A stretch of DNA of 62,635 nucleotides, filler included, from Basidiobolus meristosporus CBS 931.73 (taxonomy: Eukaryota > Fungi > Basidiobolomycota), in NCBI GenBank assembly GCA_002104905.1. It is 4 parts of 4 records of this genome, joined end to end, with 100 filler letters (N's around TTAATTAATTAA, not from the genome) between each part and the next. Parts side by side here need not be neighbours in the genome. Positions count along the whole stretch, not along the records: positions 15,091 to 42,197 come from MCFE01000908.1; 3 more parts are not named here. One strand, written 5' to 3'. This document shows positions 25,500 to 38,644 of the stretch, one piece after another. The notes under the pieces are model-generated. The model worked only from the letters and a program-made list of their open reading frames with translations, made no database searches and had not been told where the DNA came from. Every line of letters starts with the position of its first letter. Positions within the stretch are counted from its first letter, which is position 1. The translations under genes were made by a program, and so were the position numbers.

Positions 25500-28221
25500 A
25501 TGCCTAACCTATATACCTCGGACGAGGTCCCTCTTGGGCGACGTCGGACCCTCACAAGGCCAGAAAGGCAGCAGCAACCCACTCCCATGATACACATCCC
25601 AAAAGAAAAGAGATTCTGTGATCCATGGACACTCTTCTCCAATGTGGTGACCTTCTGGGCGCCGGGCTTTCTACTTGCAAAGTTTGGGATGAGTGAGGCA
25701 ACCGTCCGTCAAGCTTGGAGAGAGAAAGTAGCCCTATGCATTACGATCGCCTTTATCGGGGGTTTGGTGGTGTTTTTGACCCTGGGCATGCCTTACGTAT
25801 TTTGTCCTCAGTCCACACTGGCGGACCTCCGCAATTACATCCGGGTGGGTAAGGTTCCAGGTAAGCAACAGTTCCAGCTGGTTGACCCGCCCGCATCTTG
25901 CTGATTACGGCCACTTTTTTCCAGGGACAATCGGAGTCAATGGTCTTATGTATTATACACAAGAGGCCAGGAGCCCCTCATTCATCAACTTCTCTTCGTT
26001 CAGTCCTGGGGCGGATCTGACAAACATGTTTCTTCACGATGACTTCGTCAATGGATGCCAAGACCTGCAACTTGCAGAATTCTCCGCAGTGGCTTTCAAT
26101 CCTTGCAGTGCCCATAACAACAACCAAGGCTGCCGTCTCCCTCCAATTGACGTGGCAGCTCAGATGTTCAACCTGGTGGACACTTCCAAGAAGGCCGCCT
26201 ACGACTGGGACGACCTCCCCAACAACTTCTTCGTCATCGATGGCAATGTTCTCAATCTGACGCCGTACCTCGACGCCTTTCCGAACCCTATCGTGGATGA
26301 CGTGATAGACGAGGCCATTAGGGAGGCCATCTACAACAGAATCCCTGACGCCACTAGAATCTTTTCCCGAAGATCCATTCTAAGAAAATCCATCGTCTGC
26401 CTGTCAAACAAGTATTTTGCTGGATATCTCAGCAAGCCCACGCCGGGATGCTTCGGTGTAAAGCTCTTCTTCATCCTCTCCTTGGTGATTATATTGGGTG
26501 TTGTCTTGACCAAGTTCACGATGGCAGTGATCTTCAACTGGTTTTTGTCATTTCGGCTGGCTAGAAAGCCTCCCAAAGCATCCAAGAGAACTGGCGTTGA
26601 CTATAATTCGCCATGGATGAAGAGCATCAATCGATTGAAATCCAACGGAACGCTTGGAACCAAATCCGTTGCTATAGACGACCTATTCTCCGTATTGTTG
26701 GTGACATGCTATTCTGAAGGGGAGGCTTCGCTCAGATGCACCATCGAGAGTTTGGCTGATACGGTATATGAAGACAACCACAAGCTTTTGTTCATCGTCG
26801 CCGATGGCATTATCACTGGCAGTGGAAACGATAAAAGCACCCCTGATATTTGTGTCGACCTCTTGGAGCTTGACCCTGCGTTTTCCGATCCTGTAGCCCA
26901 AAGCTATATAGCCGTTGCTGCAGGCTCCAAGCAACATAATATGGCCAAAGTCTATGCTGGTCATTTCAACCATGGCTCACATAGAGTTCCTACCATATTG
27001 GTTGTCAAATGTGGTACTCCCGAAGAGCAGGCCTTGCCTAAACCAGGCAATCGCGGGAAACGGGATTCCCAAATCATACTGATGAACTTCTTTAGCCGCA
27101 TCACCTACAACGATCGTTTGACTCCATTAGATTATGAGCTCTTCATGAAGATATATCATCTGATGGGGGTGACTCCCGATTATTTCGAAGTTGTTCTTAT
27201 GGTTGACGCTGACACCAAGGTTTACCCGGATTCGCTCCAACTTCTCGTCAATTGCATGCAAAATGATCCACTCGTGATGGGGCTATGCGGCGAAACGAAG
27301 ATTGCCAACAAGAAAGCATCCTGGGTCACTGCAATCCAAGTGTTTGAATATTATATCTCACATCATCTAGGTAAAGGCTTCGAGTCTGTATTCGGTGGTG
27401 TAACCTGTCTCCCAGGCTGCTTTTGCATGTATCGACTGAAAGCTCCCAAAGGAGATGGAAGCTGGGTCCCAATTATTACCAAGCCAGAGATTGTTCAACA
27501 ATACTCCCAAAACATGGTTGAAACACTCCACCAGAAAAATCTGCTACTTCTGGGTGAGGACCGTTTCCTCACCACCCTGATGTTGCGCAACTTTCCCAAC
27601 AGGAAGATGATGTTCATGCCCCAGGCTGTTTGCAAGACGGTGGTTCCTGACGAGTTCAGAGTGCTGCTCTCACAGCGCCGTCGTTGGATCAACTCTACCA
27701 TACACAATCTCCTGGAGCTCTCTTTAGTGCGAAACTTGTGTGGGACGTTTTGCTTTTCCATGCAGTTTGTTGTGCTGATGGAGCTCATCGGGACGCTAAC
27801 CCTACCCGTGGCTATTGTGATGACCTTTGTGCTCATCGTCAACATCAGTCAAACCCAATTTTCCGATATTTCCAGCTACATGCCACTGATCCTGCTGTTG
27901 ATGATATTGCTGCTTCCAGCCATCCTGATTCTGGTCACCACTCGGAAACTAATTTACGTTGTGTGGATGATGATCTACTTGATCGCTCTTCCAGTCTGGA
28001 ATCTGGTTTTGCCAGTCTACGCTTACTGGCATTTCGATGATTTCTCTTGGGGAGAGACGCGCAAGATAGAAGGCGAGGGTAACGACGATGACCACAGCAA
28101 ACAAGACGGCGTCTTCGATGTATCATTGGTGGGTCTCAAGCGTTGGGAGGACTACGAGCGTGCCCGGCTAGGCAAGAATCCTAACCCTGTTTTCCCACCG
28201 GAAGCGAAGCTACACCCTTGA
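25500..28221 (+). CDS. chitin synthase, class IV (Chs3-like) architecture without myosin motor; intron 25861-25924
   Basis: AWREKVALC, LVTCYSEG, NRGKRDSQ, DADTKV, CLPGCFCMYR, LGEDRFLT, SQRRRWINST, WHFDDFSWG. Confidence 0.95.
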
Positions 28222-29253
28222 GTACGCAGTTTACAATAGAGCACCAACATTCCTTTCCCCGACGAAATTAGTGTGCTTCAATACCTAAGAGACTAATCCC
28301 AATATATCTACTGGTATTTATCGAGACAGCTTCGACCCACCATCTCTTATAACTATTTGTTGTAGATTCCTCACTTTAACCTGTAAATACTACTTGTAAA
28401 GGTTTTGTCTTGTATTAACCATGATGGATGACGGAGTGAGAGGTGAGTAGTAAAGACTTGAAATAAAATCGTCTCACTAGAAGGTATAACTCAAGTACGC
28501 GGGATTTCACGGATAGCTTGTTGGCGAGATGGATGCATTTCTGTGCACCCCTCATCAAAGCGTTATGCTGATTGCACTCGAACTGTCGATATAGAGCATG
28601 GTGGGCTCGTCCGCTCAGCCCTGACATGCCCCAGTCATACAAATAGCGAGTACGATCTACATTACCCCGGCCGTGGAAAGGAGGCAGCCATTGTAGCCAA
28701 GCATCGCTCACTACTGCCTGGTGAATCAGACGGGGTTTGGCCAATCCATTGCATGAGCCAGTGACATTTCCTTCTGTGGGCTTGCTCGTAACATCCTGTC
28801 TGAAAATTTCCTAATTACATTTTGTCCTTCAAGAAAGAAAATCTTCCGGTGATTGTGATCGTTCGGATCATTATCGCGCTGCCTTGCAAGTTTGGATCCA
28901 TTGGTTCAAGAGAATGCGTAGGAATGTCTCAAGAATAAATATAAGGCGCTTCCAACCCGCATCGGACTATTGACGATAGGTTACTGAAATTATCTTCTAA
29001 CCTTGGCTTTGTGCCCCCCACAACGCTCACTCCTTTCTACGCATGAGTGCAAATCTGCTCGACTTTCTTCCAATCTTTCTCTCTTGAAATACTCGCGTGA
29101 TATACTCTACTCGCTTTGCTTCGCCCCTCAGTTCACACAGCAGTACTCTTCGAACCCAAAGCTACCCACACCCGAAAACTGCTAGACTGATAGAGTTTGC
29201 CTTTTCGTTATATCTGTGTGACGTTTTCACTGCTGAGTGGCTCGGAAACTAAG

Positions 29254-30838
29254 ATGTTATGGGATCTTTCCCTTAGAGTGGATGTTAAACTCGGTCTGCT
29301 CAGCACACTAACCCTATTCTCTCTATCCCATACTCAGGGAGATATTATACCTATTACTCGTTGGAGTCACAGCACACTCGTCGTAAAAGAGAAGCTCTAC
29401 ATCATAGGCGGAAAGTGCGGCGTGCAATCCATCGATGCGGTCTATTGTCAAGAACTACTGTCCTTGGATCTAACGGCCACCTTCCCCACGAAGTCACCAG
29501 CATGGACGCGTGAGATCTATTCGGGGGTTCTCCCCCAAGTCGCCGGCCACTCCGCCGTCTTGGGAGGATTTGACGAAGCCGAAAGAATCATAGTCTATGG
29601 CGGCGCTACTTCTAATCCCTACAAAAGCCCGGTTTACAACTATCATCTTTCTACGCAGACCTGGACAAATCCCACCCTAAACAGATCTCCCCCAAGACGC
29701 TATGAACATTCAGTCGTTGTAAATTTAGAGAGAATAATGTACATCTTTGGGGGCATCACCGACGAGTTGACTGGAGTGACTGGCAGCGCTCAATTCGACG
29801 AGCTCGCGGAGTTGAATACACTTGGATCGGTATGGACTGTGTTCGGGTGGCAGCCTTCCAATCCCTCGCCTCGGTATCACCATACGGCATCGCTTGTCAA
29901 CAACAGACACATGATGATTCTGGGTGGATATTCAGCTAAAGACGGAATGCTAAACATGGGCGAGATTGTGATGTTTGATACGATCTCACATGTGTGGACT
30001 GCGGAGCGAGCGACTGGCCAAATCCCCCGTCCGAGGCGAGAGCACACTGCAATAGGTAACAATATGTTGCTTGATATCGAAGTCTCTACAGCTCGACTAA
30101 CATGACCCAGTGAAAGGTGAATTGGTGATAGTATTTGGCGGGACCGATCAGTCCTACACCGAGTTCTACAATGATGTGGCTGTTTTGAATACTACCTCAA
30201 TGACCTGGTCGATCCCAATGGTAAAGAATCCACCACGAGGTCGATACGCACATTCTGCGGTACTCCACGGCGACCATATGCTTGTCTCATTTGGTGAGTC
30301 TATATGGTTAATCGAGAACATTTGGACTGTGTTATTGACAGCACCCGATCTAGGATATTCCAATGGCCTTGAGGACTCCCATATCCATATTCTTGATACC
30401 AATACTTGGGAATTTTTGGACAAGTACACCCCAAGTGTATCGAAAGCTTCTACGAGCCAGTCAGCTGCCCCAACCCACATGAACTCCAAGCTTCCTCTTA
30501 TCATTGGAGGGGCTATTGGGCTGTTTATGGTTACCCTTGTGCTCCTGGGCCTGCTAATATACATCTTTCGCAAGCGGCTTTGCTGCTTCCGCGGTAGGAA
30601 ACCCAAGGATTGTGACGAACATTCCAAAATGGTGAATTTCGATGAAACAGACAGCTGTGATCGATTTTCGATCAGTGGGTCGAAGTTAACCAGGTACAAG
30701 GGTAAAACTTACTACTCCAACGCATTACGACACTCTGGAACCTATATGGACAGTGCAACGCTAGAAGAGAGGATTCGTCATATGGAAGTGCAAACCAATC
30801 TAGTTTATAAGCAAAAGCTCTATGTTGTCAACCCTTAG
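29254..30838 (+). CDS. kelch/galactose-oxidase-repeat single-pass membrane protein, two introns
   Basis: Hydrophobic N-term, repeats RWSHS..LYIIGG, RYEHS..MYIFGG, RYHHTA..MMILGG, RYAHSA; TM segment LIIGGAIGLFMVTLVLLGLLIYIF followed by RKR. Confidence 0.85.
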
Positions 30839-31365
30839 CTAACCCTCATGAAGATAAGATCCCTGCCCCCACTAAAACCATGATTAACCTCTAATGGCTC
30901 AAGATTCTCCACGTAACCCTTCCCTTATCAGAAACCGTCCGTTTCTTGATTCTCTGTTAATTTTACTCCTGATTTCGTGACCGTTGTACATACGTTAAGC
31001 TGTAGAGTCCCCATCAACAAATAAGAGCAATTTACCAAAACGTGGTCAGCTATGGTGTTATACTACTGCCAGAGAAGGGACTACCTTCCTGTCAACATGA
31101 TATAAGCATGATGGTCTGGACGTTTGCCGCCAATTGCTACCTCAACAGCCTTTGCAACAGTTTGTAACACACCAAACCGTGTAGCCCACTCTACTCGGTG
31201 ATGATTAATAGCACTCTTCAATAGGTAACCACGAGGCTATCCAACCCCCATATCACCAACCTCTTCATCAATATGTAAGTGATGAATGATACTTGTACTA
31301 TCCAATGATTAAACATCGCTAGCAGATAGGAGATGAACATCCAATTCATCTCGGTAACCCTTTAA

Positions 31366-32397
31366 TTATGGATAGATGGATTGTTGGATCAGGGCTAACG
31401 TCTCGGTTACGATCTTCACAACTGTCTGGGCACCAGAGTCAAAAAGCACAAGCCCGTCAACGGTCTCCTCTTCGGTCTCGGGATTGATAATATGCCTATT
31501 GCAAGCTAGGTAATTCGGCCAGACAATCTTATCGAAGTATCCCGGAGGATCCACCCAAAACCCTTTTTCAAAATTAGTCAAAACTGCATGCGAGAGTCTG
31601 GATTTGCCAATGTACCTTCCAGGGTGGTGTAGCCAATTTTCTCTTCTCTGCGTCTTTTCAGTGTCTCGTAGCTAGCTTTGATAAATATCTTGACGTCCAG
31701 ATGCCTAACGAGCTCGGGAAAGCAGTACATAATGAATCCATCAATGAGCAGGAATCGTACGCTGCCAAAGGAGGACTTGGTTCTGTTCAAATGATCCTCA
31801 AATTGGCTTTTCATATGGGACAGCGTTGGTTCATCGATGTGGACTCTGTTTGGGTCTTCTGGGAGTTCAGTAGATACGTATTCAGAAATGTGATCCGACT
31901 CCATCGCCTCTCCCAATATATCCATAAACCTCGCAATATCGATAGCCTCAGGGATGTCCCAGTTTGCCAGCCCGGTCTCCTTATCGATTGGTATCTCGCT
32001 TTCCGGCTGAATGGGTTAATGGCTTGCCTCTAATTCAAATGAACCATTTCACAGCCCTTACTTTATAAAAATCGTCCTGGTGAATCAACCAACAGTTGGG
32101 TAGGATCTTCGACAGATATCGGGCAACGGTCTGTAGATGGTAAAAGGCCAATTATGTTACAAAGGTGCTGTTTTCGACAGGTTGAATAATAAGCCTACCG
32201 TTTTCCCCGATGCCGAAGGCCCACTGATAGTCAAATACAAGTTAATCTTCCAACCTCACATCTGATTAAAGATGCGACGTACCCGATACCAACAATAACT
32301 AGACGCTGTTGCTTCCTATGTATCACTCCCATACTGAAGGACGAGCAACCTTAATCAGGATTAGTTGCTGTCGGATATACCTCTGGGATACATGCAT
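31366..32397 (-). CDS. NRK1: nicotinamide riboside kinase (uridine-kinase-like P-loop), multi-exon
   Basis: Spliced MHVSQRKQQRLVIVGIGGPSASGKT, LIHQDDFYK, NWDIPEAID, FLLIDGF, RREEKIGY, FWVDPPGYFDKIVWPNY. Confidence 0.88.
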
Positions 32398-34246
32398 CCC
32401 TTCGATCTGACCAATCAAAGCCGTTCAAATCCAGGTACGCTACATATCCAACTCAGTGATCCATTTGTCTTTATCCTCCTAGCATAGATTACTTTTTTGT
32501 GGGATGGAGCAGTCCAACCTGAGAACATGGAAATATGTATTCCTAGCTCAAACCAGCGTCCATAGCCTATATACGCCATCAAATAATATCATGAAATCAC
32601 CCGTTTTGGTGAATGGTAAATAAGCCATTTCATTAACGGGACAGGTAGCTATGAAAGCGGCCACTCTTACCAATCATGAGGATGAGTTTACGATATTTGG
32701 AGCGTAGATATACGAATAAACAAATAATTTTCTGAATCAAGCGAATCTCCTCATCGCCCTTTCATTCCAATCAAGGGCCAATAAGTCGTGTGGATGAGAG
32801 TGAATAGATACAAAGCCTCTTCGCTAGTAAATCACGATGGCTCATTCGGCAGTCTTGAGGTGCTGAATCCTCTGCAGTCTAAAAAATCTCTACCGTTGTA
32901 TTCCTCGTCAACTTTTATGCCCCTAAGACCGGTGTATTGCTACATCCAGTCGTAAAGTCCAAAGAAGGCCCATCCATAACATACGGCCCCTTATTATTGG
33001 AATGCAATGTTGTATCTGCATTCCACAACGTATTGAATCGCTATCTCCATACTGCTGATCGACGGATCAGATGCAAACGATTCTGCATGGTATCTTCTTG
33101 ATATTAAATAAAGCTACTACGTACCATTTAAGTATATATTGTCAAAGTACAATCAAACCTCGACCACCAATGGTATGAGATCAAAAACACCAAACTCTTG
33201 CGGAGCACCCAGCAAGAACAATCAGTGAATCCTTTAATCACGCTACTCTGGGTAAGAGCACCAGAGCGACCAAAAGTGTCACCATTTGACAGAGCTGCCA
33301 TTGAGAGATTGAACACGCTATAGGCATCCCAACGCATACATGCATATGCCACCAACAAATCAGCAGCATGTATATAAAGCTAGATACTGCATAGCTTGGC
33401 GCGGTATACGGCTAATTAGTAAGACGAAGAAACCGCTGCAGAAGCCGCTCGGGAAATCGGACTATGGCCTAGCCATTGCAATCATCTTCTTATCAGTCTG
33501 AACACTGGTAGGCTTTCCCTGGCTAAAATGCTTTTCCAGCTCTGGCATACTTGGGTCCCTCAGCAACGAACAACAATCAGATTGATCACCCCAATCCAAT
33601 CACCGGATTGTATGTTACGTCATCCACCCATAGTTCCTGGGTGACCGACCAAGCTACAGGGGAGTGGCATCGCTATTAGGGATACCATCGGGATCTGAAA
33701 GTTGGTTAAGTCGGTGAAGTAATGCATGCGAAATCCTCGACTGATGATATTGCCGTACTCATTGATGTTACACCACTATATCATGCTACATTACGTCAAC
33801 CACCTCCCTGATTGGTCAGATGAGAAACTATCGAAAGGAAAATATATATCCTTACCTGGAATGGTCTACCATAATACTTGCGAAGTTAAGCCACGGACGT
33901 CGCCAACAGCCATTGGTTCTTAACGGAGATATCTTGGCAATTGGCTGTAATCTGATATAAACAAAAAGCCAATAATATCGGATGTTTTCAGATATCGGTG
34001 ATTTTGTCCCTTCAATACCCTTGAACGATCAACGATACTGATGATATCCTATAGTATAGAAAACGAGTCTGCCAAGCACAACGACCCCTGCTCATTCTGA
34101 TGAACAAGTTGGCGTCTTGTCTAATTGGTGGATTCCGATGCCTCGAATATTATCGCCGAAATTCAGCGGTTTATGAAACAAAACCTTAACGTTGCCCTTT
34201 GGTCCTCACATCTCACTTTTACTTTTCTACTTTCTTGTGCTCCAAT

Positions 34247-34820
34247 ATGGTAAGCACTGTTTCCATCACCATGCTTGGGGTCTACGACCTTCTAGCAATA
34301 CCGTCCGCATACTTGCCTTCTTTACTAACGCTTATTTCAGTCCAGCGGTGTTTCGGTTAACGACAAGTGCCTTGAAAGCTTTCAACTCCTCAAGTTAAAA
34401 AAGCAATACAAATACATCATCTATAAGCTCAACGATGACAACACCGAGATCATTGTTGAAGAAGCTTCCGAAGCCGGAACTTATGATGACTTCATAAACG
34501 CTCTCCCCGAAACCGAATGCCGTTACGCCGTTTTGGATCTCGAATACGAGAAACCCGGAGAGGGTATGCGCAACAAGATCTGCTTCTACGCTTGGTAAGT
34601 AGCTCTGGGAGCTTACAGAATCCTCTCTGGTCACATTCTTAACCGCTTTCTATCCAGGTCCCCCGACAACTCCAAGGTCAAGCAGAAGATGGTGTTCGCT
34701 TCCAGCAAGGATGCTCTCCGCAAGAGATTGGTTGGTATTGCTGCTGAAATCCAAGGAACTGACTACGATGAGGTTTCCTTCGAAACTGTCCTCGAAAAGG
34801 TCAGCCGTAGCACCTTCTAA
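34247..34820 (+). CDS. COF1: cofilin/actin-depolymerising factor; ATG-only first exon, introns 34250-34340 and ~34595-34658
   Basis: M|[30 protein letters not shown]...[11 protein letters not shown]...KICFYAW|[35 protein letters not shown]. Confidence 0.96.
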
Positions 34821-36055
34821 ATCATCGCTCATTCCTTATTTTACATGCACATCTGTTTTCATCCCCCTTTTCAGGATGTTGATTATATCTAATGAGGGGT
34901 AAATAAAGATAAATTTAAGCTATTGTATACTTCGTCTTGGGTTGTACCGAAGAACCGATGGTGTGGTTGGCGGAGGGTGGGTACGAAAAGGATGCGGGCG
35001 ATGGGAGTTCCAAGGAGCCGCTCAGCTGGTACCCAATTAGCCTGGCCAAGTATCCCATGACTCATCACCCTCTGAAATCATCTTCCCCCACCTGGATACG
35101 AATTGCAAAATAATCTGAAATCCCCACGCTTTACAAATCTAATACGAATAGCCAGCTGTCAATGTATGGCAATCTGCCTTGCTTGGTGCTGTTTGGTATC
35201 AACAATACCTGATCGCAGTCCCTGCGGCATCCACAGCATTCGGTTGTGTTATATCTCTTGCCCTCTTCGCACTACCAACTAGCGATTTCATATCAGAGGC
35301 TGGCATTCATAATGTTGAGGAATATAGTGTGGTGCTCATGATTCAATAGGTACATTGGTGCAAGAGTCGCTTGTGATATCTTACCATATACGTTATTTTA
35401 ATTCGGATTCAAGGTATCAATCCATATCCATTTTTGATTGATGGATTTTACAGTATCCCGCTTGCATATTTGGTTCATCACCTGGTCCTACGAAAAATAT
35501 CCAACCTAGTTTTCATATAGTATTGTGCCAGTGTTCTACTGGTGTTTTTCTGTCTGGGTTTTAAGTGTTAATGTCTCTGGAGTCAGTGAGCGGACTGTTA
35601 CCATATTTGATATGAGGATTATTTAGTCATAGCACTTTGTAGAAAATACATCTGCCTGTTGTCAAGAAGGCTAGAACTTCTGATATTCAAAGCCATCACT
35701 TCAAGCAAAGTTCATTTCCTGCTGTTGCTTAGTATTTCCTTTATAGGAATGGATGAGTCCAACTCAATCATCTTTGGCTTGGTTTGTGTTTTTTTGTATG
35801 AAAAGTAATCTTGCTCAACTAGGAGTTTGCATTGTGGTAGCCACTGGGAATGCTTATCAAAGGCTTGAGGAATATTCAGTGGGGTATCAGTTCCCCAACT
35901 CATTCAATAGGCCAACAAGTAAACAATTGGCTCTTTGATATTGGAGTAATTTAAGACTTTGAGCTTTAAGAACAGTCTTAGCAACTTTCAACAGATACTG
36001 TACTTCTTGTAAGAACAGTTTTGAGGTTTTTGTTGCAGGAATATGGAGATGTTAG

Positions 36056-36385
36056 TGTTGCAATATTCTGAGGAGTATTGGAAGTGATGTGGAGAACTAG
36101 AGGATTTACATGTTGTTCACTTGTAGATTTATTGATCAAAAGTATGGTATTTATACTTTTGATAAAGTAGAGTTTGTTAAGGAAGGTCCCAAGAATATGT
36201 GTGCAAAGTTTGGGGTCTTTTGGACGACTTTGAGAAAAATAATAATCTGGGTACCTGACAATTTGGTGAAAATATTCTAAGTAAATCCTGACAAGAAATT
36301 TGGTCAGGACAGAATGATAATCAAAGAGTAAGATCTATGTGACTAATTTAGCATGAATATAGGTGACAACTTAATAATTACAACA
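36056..36385 (-). repeat. solo LTR, divergent subfamily of the copia family, with 5-bp TSD GTTAG
   Basis: TGTTGCAA...TTACAACA; GTTAG at 36051-36055 and 36386-36390; homologous to 45063-45411. Confidence 0.9.
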
Positions 36386-36524
36386 GTTAGGAGTGATTGA
36401 CAGAGTAGGTAGATGCTGTGGTTTCTCACCTGGTTATTAATTGAATGGAAAGTTATATTGATTCTATTACATGGTCTTGACAAACAAAATAAGTAAGAGT
36501 ATGTTTAGGAAGATATCAAGAACA

Positions 36525-37451
36525 TGCTGATATGAGAGTCTTGGAGATATTGGAGATGATTGGGAGAACAAGTAGAATATGTGGTTTTCACTAAATGATT
36601 TATTGCATGTAAAAGTAGTAATAAAATTTTTACATGGTCTTGGCATTAAAAACATATGGAATGGGTACAAAAAAATCCCAATAATGTGTGTGCAAAGTTT
36701 GAGGCTGATTGAACAACCTATCTAATTTTCATGTTCTGGGTACCTGATATTTTGGTGAAAAAATTCCAAGTAAATCCCAACAAGGATTTTGGTCATTATT
36801 CTCTAGGATTTGAAGGTATTGATCTTAGTGACTAAGCTAGGTGAATATTTAGGTGAATTTACAAACTTTTACAACACTCCCACTCAACTAAATGCTCATG
36901 CTGACTAGGCAAGTTTTGACCTAAGATATTCAAACCTGTCTCTAGCTGATGGTTTGGTAAATATGTCTGCAATTAGCTCATCTGTAAAGCAGTGAACTAA
37001 GCTGACTAAGCTATTCTCTATAGCTTCATGTACAAAATGATGTCTAATATCAATGTGCTCAGTTTTAGCACAAAAAAGTTGGATTTCTACCTAATTTTAT
37101 ACATTCTTGATTATCTTGCAATAAAGTAATACGCATTTTTTGACATAAGCATAAATCTTTGAAAAGATTCCCTAACCAGATTGATTCTCTTGTAGCTTGA
37201 CAGGCTGCCATATACTTGGCTTCTGTGGTAGGAAGTGCTATGGTTGGTTGCTTTCTTGAAATTCATGAAATTGCTCTTTTACAGTAATGAAAGGCATATC
37301 TTATGGTGGATCTTCTGTCTTCCAAGTCTTGTCCCCAATCAGCATCAGAGTATCCTGCAAGAATACTGTTATGAATCCCTACACGTGTATCTCAAGCAGA
37401 TAGCAGCAGTTCCTTTTGAGGTATCTATGAGTCTGCTTAACTGCTGCAATA
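36525..37451 (-). mobile_element. copia 3' end (3' LTR ~36525-36876 + PPT + degenerate RNase H), interrupted by next copy
   Basis: LTR ends TTACAACA at 36876 followed by CTCCCACTC; RNase H homology to 279-850; breaks at 37451. Confidence 0.85.
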
Positions 37452-38644
37452 TGTTGTAAGAGTCTTGGAGATATTAGAAGTGATTGGGAGAACAAGTAGA
37501 TTATGTGGTTTTCACTTAATGATTTATTGAATGTAAAAGTAGTATTTATACTTTTACATGGTCTTGACATAACAAGCATGTAGAATAGGTTAAAGAAGGT
37601 TCCAAGAATATGTGTGCAAAGTTTGAGGCTGTTTGGACAACTTATCAAATTCTCATGTTCTGGGTACCTGATATTTTGGTGAAAATATTCTAAGTAAATC
37701 CCGACAAGGAATTTGGTCAGTATTTTCTAGGATTTGAAGGTAATGATCTAAGTGACTAAGTTAGGTGAGTATTTAGGTGGAAATACAAATTTTTACAGCA
37801 CTCCTACTCAGCTAAATGTTCATTCTGACTAGTCCCAATTTTGACCTAAGATATTCAAACTTGTCTCTAGCTAATGGTTTGGTAAATATGTCTGCAATCA
37901 TTTCATCTGTAGGACAGTAAACTAAGCTAACTAAGCTATTCTCTATAGCTTCACATATGAAATGATGTCTAATTTCTATGTGCTTGGTTCTAGCATGAAA
38001 AGTTGGATTTCTACCTAATTGTATACATCCTTGATTATCTTGAAATAAAGTAATAGCCATTTTTTGACATAGGCCCAAATCTGTAAAAAGCTCTCTTAGC
38101 CACATTGCTTCTTTTGTAGCTTCACAGGCTGCCATGTTCTCTGCCTCTGTGGTAGAAAGTGCTATGGTTGGTTGCTCTCTTGAGTTCCATGAAATTGCTC
38201 CTTTACAGTAAAGAAAGGTGTATCCTGTGGTGACTCATTTGTCTTCCAAACTTTGTCCCCAATCTGCATCAGAGTATCCCACAAGATCCTGTTCTGAATC
38301 CTTATAAGGGAATCTTAAGCAGATATCAGCAGTTCCTTTTAGGTATCTAAAAATCACTTAACTGCTGCAATATGATCAGATCCATAATTCTGATTATGTT
38401 GGCTGACAACTCCCACTGAATATGAGATATCTGGACGTGTTCCAAGCATGATATACATCAGACTGCCAACCATAGATTGATAAGAAAAGTCAGGGCTTTC
38501 AGATGGCACCAAGCTCTCTTGATTTGGTTGAGTTTTGACCAATTTAAGGTTTGTCTCCATTGGGGTAGCTGCTGGTTTACAGTCTTCCATTTAGTACTTC
38601 TTTAGTATATCTTGAATGTACTTGGATTGGCTTAGGGTAATAGT
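37452..38644 (-). mobile_element. copia 3' end (3' LTR 37452-37800 + RNase H + end of RT), nested in previous copy and itself interrupted
   Basis: TGTTGTAAGAG at 37452, TTACAGCA 37800, PPT CTCCTACTCAGC; ORFs NPTFHARTKHIEIRHHF and GTRPDISYSVG. Confidence 0.9.

Noticed and set aside
28415-29185. Short ORFs between chitin synthase and the kelch gene
   Set aside because: No motif, no clear splice structure; consistent with UTR/intergenic DNA.
32400-34150. Possible multi-exon gene between NRK1 and cofilin
   Set aside because: Some minus-strand splice-like signals, but all frames I tried hit stops and no family motif was evident; needs RNA-seq.
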